A DNA stretch of 63,328 nt, the filler included. It is 8 parts of 8 records of this genome, joined end to end, with 100 filler letters (N's around TTAATTAATTAA, not from the genome) between each part and the next. Parts side by side here need not be neighbours in the genome. Positions count along the whole stretch, not along the records: positions 58,245 to 63,328 come from SRR2962707_3570; 7 more parts are not named here. The stretch is one strand, 5' to 3'. Each line of letters starts with the position of its first letter. Position 1 is the first letter of the stretch. Positions 58,245 to 63,328 of this stretch are shown piece after piece. Under the pieces are notes generated by a model, which was not told where the DNA came from, searched no databases, and saw only the letters and a list, made by a program, of their open reading frames with translations. The translations under genes were made by a program, and so were the position numbers.

Positions 58245-59570
58245 CTTGCCGGGCAGGCGCAGCTTGCGCGTGGCACTGGCCCGGTCGATTTCCTTTTCCT
58301 TGCGTCTGCGCAGCCGTTCCTCGGCACGCTCCAGCGCCCAGTCGAGCAGCTTGCCTGCTTGCTGCGGTGAGGCCGCCAGCCAATGGTCGAACGCGTCGCG
58401 CAAAGCATTGTCGACGATACGGGTGGCTTCGCCCGAGGCCAGCTTGTCCTTGGTCTGACCGACAAATTCAGGCTCGCGCACAAACACCGAAAGCATGGCC
58501 GCGCAACTGGTCAGCACGTCCTCAGCTGTCAGGTTTGCCGCGCCCTTGTTCTTGGTCAGCTCGGCGTAATTCTTCAGACCGCGCAGCAGCGCCATGCGCA
58601 GGCCTGCCTCATGCGTGCCACCATCGGGGGTCGGCACGGTGTTGCAGTAGGACTGCACACCGCCATCGCCAATGGTCCATGCAATTGCCCATTCCACCGA
58701 GGCGTGGCTGCCCGGCCTGCCGCTGCGCCCGGCAAAAATATCTTCGGTGATCCGCGTCTCGCCTTCGATGCGCGCGGTCATATAGTCCTTCAGGCCATCG
58801 GGATAATGGAACACCGCCTTGGCCGGCACTTCGTCACTGGCCAGCGCTTCATCGCAGCTCCAGCGCAGTTCCACCCCGCCAAACAGGTAGGCCTTGGCCC
58901 GCGTCATGCGGAAAATGCGACCCGCTGAGAAATGCGCCGTGGGTCCGAAAATCTCCGGGTCGGGGTGGAACCGCGTGGTCGTGCCGCGCCGGTTCTGCAC
59001 CCGCCCGACATTGACCACATCCTCGACCACCAAGCCGCGCGAAAACTGGATCCGGTACAATTGCTGGTCCCGCGCCACCTCGACCACCATGTCGTCGGAC
59101 AGCGCATTGACCACCGAAACGCCCACACCATGCAGGCCGCCGGAGGTTTCGTAAGCCTTGCTATCGAACTTGCCGCCGGCATGCAGGACCGTATGGACGA
59201 TCTCCAGTGTTGATCGTGCGGGGAATTTTGGATGCTTCTCAACCGGGATGCCACGGCCATTGTCGGTAACCGTGATGTATCCGTCGGCCCCCAGGTGCAC
59301 CTCGATCCGCGTCGCGTGGCCGGCAATGGCCTCGTCCATCGAGTTGTCGATCACCTCGGCAAACAGGTGGTGATAGGCGTTGATATCGGTACCCCCGATA
59401 TACATGCCGGGGCGCCGGCGGACCGGTTCGAGTCCTTCAAGGATTTCGATGTCGGAGGCGCCATATTCCGCGGGCGGCTCCGCACCGGAACGGACAGCCG
59501 GCTTGGCTGGCTTCGTTTCCTTAGGCGGTTCCGGATTGGGAGCGGCGCTTCCGAAGAGATCTGGCGACAT
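58245..59570 (-). CDS. parE: DNA topoisomerase IV subunit B, 3'-truncated by contig edge
   Basis: LEGLEPVRRRPGMYIGGTD; HHLFAEVIDNSMDEA; SGGLHGVGVSVVNALS; FVGQTKDKL; RKLRLPGK (alphaproteobacterial ParE rather than GyrB signatures). Likely ATG at 59570. Confidence 0.9.
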
Positions 59571-59844
59571 GCACTTTCCGTAAGGTTCGTGCCCGAATCG
59601 GGCAAGTCCAACTTCTAGCATATAGCAAGCATTTCCGCGGGTCTGGCCGTCCAGCCAATTCCCACAGCCAAGGTGATCACGCCTCGTCAAGCGGAACGGA
59701 TGTGAACGCGCCCCTGCGCAAGAAAGGAACAGTTTCGTCCCAAGATAGGGCGGCAGGTTTACCCCTCGTTTCCTTCTTGAAAGCACTTTCTTAAGCGCGC
59801 GCTGATAGACCTACGGGCATACGGTTTTTGTCTGGAGTTGCCGT

Positions 59845-60015
59845 ATGCGAACCGAACAACCGGGTATTGCGTATCAATCGGTCAAATTTGGTTCTGCGTC
59901 TCTCGGATATTGGCCGATAGCCGGATTAGATAGTATTGCGTACCGGCTGGCCAGTTTCCGTATTTCGCGCTTGGGCGCCCTGTTGGGCGTCAGCCTGCTC
60001 TTCTATCTGGCCTGA
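59845..60015 (+). CDS. Putative 56-aa small membrane protein
   Basis: SD GGAG 7 nt before ATG; MRTEQPGIAYQSVKFGSASLGYWPIAGLDSIAYRLASFRISRLGALLGVSLLFYLA*; hydrophobic C-terminus. Confidence 0.4.
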   Translation: MRTEQPGIAYQSVKFGSASLGYWPIAGLDSIAYRLASFRISRLGALLGVSLLFYLA

Positions 60016-60084
60016 CCTGACTTGCGTTGCTTCGGCAACGCGGTTAGGTGTGTCTTGTTGTTCATTCAAACGGGGAGGCTGCAG

Positions 60085-60153
60085 GTGATCTTGTTTCAGA
60101 CGCATCGCACGCGTGGTCCCGTTTGTGCCCTGTGGCAGACGCTGCAGGGCTGA
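60085..60153 (+). CDS. Putative 22-aa leader peptide of the ABC-F gene
   Basis: SD GGGGAGG 6 nt before GTG; MILFQTHRTRGPVCALWQTLQG*. Confidence 0.5.
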   Translation: MILFQTHRTRGPVCALWQTLQG

Positions 60154-60287
60154 CCAGACTAGGTCCGGACGCCAGTTCCCGTTCCCATTCCTCTGGTTTG
60201 CCCTTCTTGGCAGCCTGGTTACGACCAGGACGCCGATTTCAAGGCATTTGGCGCCCTTTGCTGGCGCCACACCAGTGAGCGACTTTC
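60127..60287 (+). promoter_or_regulatory. Structured 5' leader (candidate translational attenuator)
   Basis: Hairpins at 60127-60150, 60214-60229 (UACG loop) and 60249-60269; TCTGGT (60192-60197) can pair with either ACCAGA (60153-60158) or ACCAG (60271-60275) beside the RBS. Confidence 0.55.
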
Positions 60288-61799
60288 ATGGGCAATATCA
60301 ATCTCCGCAATGCCGGCCATCGCGCAGGCGAAATTCTCTTCTCAAACCTGACTCTGACGATTGGCGAGCAGGACCGCGTCGGTCTGGTCGCGCCCAATGG
60401 CCGCGGCAAGACCACGCTGCTGCGCGCCCTGGCGGGCCAGGTAGAACTCAGCGACGGCGAGGTGACGCGCTCGCGCGGCCTGACCATCGGCTACATGCCT
60501 CAGGAAGTGCCCGACACCGCATTGCACCAGACCGCGATGGAATTCGTGGCATCTGCGCTCGATACCGAGACCCTGGCCAGCGAGAGCTGGCGCATTGACG
60601 TGGTCATGGAGGAGCTCTCAATCCCACAGGAAATGCGCGACATGCCGTTGCAGGAACTCAGTGGCGGTTGGCAGCGCATGGCACTGATTGCTCGAGCCTG
60701 GGTAACCCAGCCCGATGCCTTGCTGCTGGACGAGCCCACCAATCATCTCGATCTTGGCCGCATTTTGATGCTTGAAGACTGGCTGGCCTACGCTGCCCGG
60801 AACATTCCTCTCATTATTGCCAGCCATGACCGCGCCTTTCTCGACAAGGCCACCAATCGCACCTTGTTTCTCCGGCCCACCGAGCAGGTCTATCTGCCCC
60901 TGAGCTATTCGGCAGCCCGTTCCGAACTCGACCAGATTGATGCCGCCGCCGCCGCCCAGCGCGAACGCGACCTAAAGCAGGCCGCACAATTGCGCAAGCA
61001 GGCGGCCAAGCTCACCAATATCGGCATAAATTCCGGTAGTGACCTGCTGACCGTCAAGTCCAAACAATTGCGGGATCGCGCCGAAAAGATCGAGACGCAG
61101 GTGCAAGAAGCGCACAAGGACCGCACCGGGCTCGTCAAGCTGGGCAATTCCGGCGCCGAGGCACGCGTAATGATGGCGTTCGAAAACGTCGCCATCGCCA
61201 CGCCCGACGGTCTTCCACTGTTCGCTATCGAAAAGCTCCACATTTTCCAGGGCGATCGAATTGTCCTGCTTGGGCGCAATGGCACGGGAAAGTCCCAGTT
61301 CATGCGGGTTGTCACCCAGGCTCTGTCAGGACAGGTGCCGCAGGGGTTACGGATCAGCCCGCAGCTCACGCCGGGCTATATGGACCAGTCACTTGGTTGG
61401 CTGCCGCTCGACCCGTCACCACTCGATTACCTGCTGCATCGCTTTGATGAAGGCGATCGCCGCATCATTGCCTTGCTGGCCGGGGCCGGGTTTCCGCCCG
61501 ATCGGCAATCCAAACCGATCCGCACCATGTCACTGGGCCAGCGGGCGCGGCTTGCGCTCCTTGCCCTGCGCCTGGAGCGCCCCAATTTCTACCTGCTCGA
61601 TGAGCCGACCAATCATCTCGATATTCCGGGGCAGGAGCAACTCGAGGCCGACATAAGAGAGCAGGGGGCGACCACTATCCTGGTGACCCACGACCGCGCC
61701 TTTCTCAAGGCTATCGGCACGCGCTTCCTGCAGATCGAACGCCAGAAACTGGTCGAGGTCGACGGCCCCGAGGGATTCTTCGCCGAAATGGCAGGCTAG
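60288..61799 (+). CDS. ABC-F family ribosome-associated ATPase
   Basis: Two ABC domains (APNGRGKTT/LSGGW/LLLDEPTNHLD and GRNGTGKS/MSLGQ/YLLDEPTNHLD), helical linker, no TM segments. Confidence 0.95.
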   Translation: MGNINLRNAGHRAGEILFSNLTLTIGEQDRVGLVAPNGRGKTTLLRALAGQVELSDGEVTRSRGLTIGYMPQEVPDTALHQTAMEFVASALDTETLASESWRIDVVMEELSIPQEMRDMPLQELSGGWQRMALIARAWVTQPDALLLDEPTNHLDLGRILMLEDWLAYAARNIPLIIASHDRAFLDKATNRTLFLRPTEQVYLPLSYSAARSELDQIDAAAAAQRERDLKQAAQLRKQAAKLTNIGINSGSDLLTVKSKQLRDRAEKIETQVQEAHKDRTGLVKLGNSGAEARVMMAFENVAIATPDGLPLFAIEKLHIFQGDRIVLLGRNGTGKSQFMRVVTQALSGQVPQGLRISPQLTPGYMDQSLGWLPLDPSPLDYLLHRFDEGDRRIIALLAGAGFPPDRQSKPIRTMSLGQRARLALLALRLERPNFYLLDEPTNHLDIPGQEQLEADIREQGATTILVTHDRAFLKAIGTRFLQIERQKLVEVDGPEGFFAEMAG

Positions 61800-61823
61800 C
61801 GCGAACCAGTTACGAGCAAACGC

Positions 61824-61851
61824 AAAAAAGGCCGCCCGGAGGCGGCCTTTT
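61824..61851. terminator. Bidirectional intrinsic terminator between ABC-F and tig
   Basis: AAAAAAGGCCGCC-CGGA-GGCGGCCTTTT. Confidence 0.9.
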
Positions 61852-61872
61852 CAAGACTTGGATGGCGACACC

Positions 61873-63252
61873 TTAGTGGTGATGCTCTTCCGGAACCTCG
61901 TCCTCGTCAGCCTGGATCAGCTTGGCGAGTTCGTCGCGGCTCATCGTCTTGTCGGTGACGTCACCCAACTCGATGATGTGATCGACGACCTTGTTCTCGA
62001 AGATCGGGGCACGCAGGCTGGCGAGGGCCTGCGGGTTCTTGCGGTAGTAATCGTAAACCTGCTGTTCCTGGCCCGGGAAGCGGCGCACTTCGGCGATCAG
62101 AGCCTGCTGGTGCTCCTCGTCGGTCACCTGAACCTCATTGGTGTTGCCGATTTCGGCAACGACCAGGCCCAGGCGCACGCGGCGCTCGGCAATCCGGCGA
62201 TACTGTTCCTTGGCGGCTTCTTCGGTGGTGCCTTCGTCTTCGAAGGACCGGCCGTGATGCTCGATCTCGTGCACGACGCGCTGCCAGATGGTGTTGAACT
62301 CGGCGTCGACAAGCTGGGCCGGAACCTCGAACTTGTGACCGTCGTCCAGCGCATCAAGCACCTGGCGCTTCATGTGCTGGCGGCCCATCGACTCCAGCGC
62401 GTTTTCCATCTGGTCACGGACGGCCTTGCGCAGCGCTGCCACGTCTTCCAGGCCCAGGCGCTTGGCGAACTCGTCGTCCAGATCGCCCTCATTGGGGCCA
62501 TCGACATGCAGGATGGTGACTTCGAATGTCGCCTTCTTACCGGCCAGCTCTTCGTTCTGGTAATCCTTGGGGAAGGTCACCTTCACTTCGCCGGTCTGGC
62601 CCTTCTTCATGCCCACAAGTTGCTCTTCGAAGCCGGGGATGAATTCGCCCGAACCAACGGTCAGGTGCGCGTGGTCGGACGAACCGCCCTCGAATTCCTT
62701 GCCGCCGATCTTGCCCACAAAGCTCAGGCCCAGACGGTCGCCATCGGCGACAACGGCATCTTCGCCCTTGTCGGTGTAACCGCGGTTCTGCGCGAACACG
62801 CGATTCACTTCGGCATCGACTTCCTCTTCGGAAACCTCGACCACCGGCTTGTTGAGCTTGACGCCCTTGATATCCATCAGCGTGACGGGCGGCAGCACTT
62901 CATATTCGACTTCGAATGCGAGATCGGCCTTGCCGTCGAGCACGTCATTGATGACGCTCTGATCGTCCGGCAGGTCAACCTTGGGCTGTGCGGCTGCGCG
63001 CTCTTCGCGCTTGTCCAGCGTGTCGGAAACCGTTGCATTGATCGCATCGGTCATCACTTCCGACATGGCGGAGCGGCCATACACCTTCTTCAGGTGCGCG
63101 GTCGGCACCTTGCCGGGACGGAAGCCCTTGATATTGGCCTGGCCCTTGAGCTCTTCGAGCTTCACGTCCAGGCGCGAATTGAGATCCGCGGCCGGGATTG
63201 TGACGCTCAGCTTGCGCTTCAGGCCTTCGTTGAGGGTTTCTGTTACCTGCAT
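61873..63252 (-). CDS. tig: Trigger factor
   Basis: MQVTETLNEGLKR; GFRPGKVP; FKBP domain FEGG..FIPGFEEQLVG..VTFPKDY..LAGK; AERRVRLGL. Confidence 0.98.
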   Translation of the reverse strand: MQVTETLNEGLKRKLSVTIPAADLNSRLDVKLEELKGQANIKGFRPGKVPTAHLKKVYGRSAMSEVMTDAINATVSDTLDKREERAAAQPKVDLPDDQSVINDVLDGKADLAFEVEYEVLPPVTLMDIKGVKLNKPVVEVSEEEVDAEVNRVFAQNRGYTDKGEDAVVADGDRLGLSFVGKIGGKEFEGGSSDHAHLTVGSGEFIPGFEEQLVGMKKGQTGEVKVTFPKDYQNEELAGKKATFEVTILHVDGPNEGDLDDEFAKRLGLEDVAALRKAVRDQMENALESMGRQHMKRQVLDALDDGHKFEVPAQLVDAEFNTIWQRVVHEIEHHGRSFEDEGTTEEAAKEQYRRIAERRVRLGLVVAEIGNTNEVQVTDEEHQQALIAEVRRFPGQEQQVYDYYRKNPQALASLRAPIFENKVVDHIIELGDVTDKTMSRDELAKLIQADEDEVPEEHHH

Positions 63253-63298
63253 TGGGGTCTGATCCCGTATTGATTAATAATGTTGGCCGAAGGCCATA

Positions 63299-63328
63299 TG
63301 GTGCGGGTGAGAGGACTCGAACCTCCAC
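63299..63328 (-). tRNA. tRNA 3' end (T-arm, acceptor, CCA), probably tRNA-Leu; cut by window edge
   Basis: Minus strand GTGGAGGTTCGAGTCCTCTCACCCGCACCA. Leu is inferred from discriminator A and the usual tRNA-Leu-tig synteny; the anticodon is outside the window. Confidence 0.85.

Noticed and set aside
61858-63273. 471-aa plus-strand ORF
   Set aside because: Antisense shadow of tig caused by high-GC codon bias
1-63328. CRISPR arrays, cas genes, phage or defence-system genes, rRNA
   Set aside because: No regularly spaced repeat-spacer array or recognisable motifs were found on reading

Overview
This window is not one genome. It is eight contigs joined by 100-nt artificial spacers (N-run + TTAATTAATTAA + N-run). 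Four contigs are intron-containing eukaryotic DNA, probably a stramenopile-like protist: 1-5894 (ankyrin-RhoGEF-PH-FYVE gene), 5995-13273 (EF-hand/PH/coiled-coil gene), 20198-29949 (secreted Cys-rich protein and a large multi-EF-hand gene) and 30050-41864 (LRR/ankyrin gene and a PSMA1-type 20S proteasome alpha subunit). Contig 13374-20097 is an AT-rich gammaproteobacterial accessory patch. It holds a broken IS91-family transposase, a truncated trypsin gene, two lipoprotein alpha/beta hydrolases, a LytS/LytTR pair with a LytTR box and a frameshifted beta-lactamase-fold serine hydrolase, bracketed by ~80-bp direct repeats and carrying GTAG-type REP sequences. Three contigs are alphaproteobacterial: 41965-47994 (sdaA, DUF1489, VWA + Pam18-like J protein, D,D-carboxypeptidase, phasin, clpS), 48095-58144 (leuS-lptE-holA convergent with rho-mnmE-mnmG-rsmG-parA-parB, four parS sites) and 58245-63328 (parE, ABC-F ATPase, tig, tRNA-Leu 3' end). 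The best candidate for an undescribed system is a putative ribosome-stalling attenuator upstream of the ABC-F gene: a 22-aa leader peptide with an R-T-R motif plus mutually exclusive RNA helices. Also notable are the repeat-bounded hydrolase patch, the translationally coupled VWA/J-protein pair and GANTC-loaded elements near the par locus. All calls come from reading the sequence; no searches were run, and eukaryotic gene boundaries are approximate.
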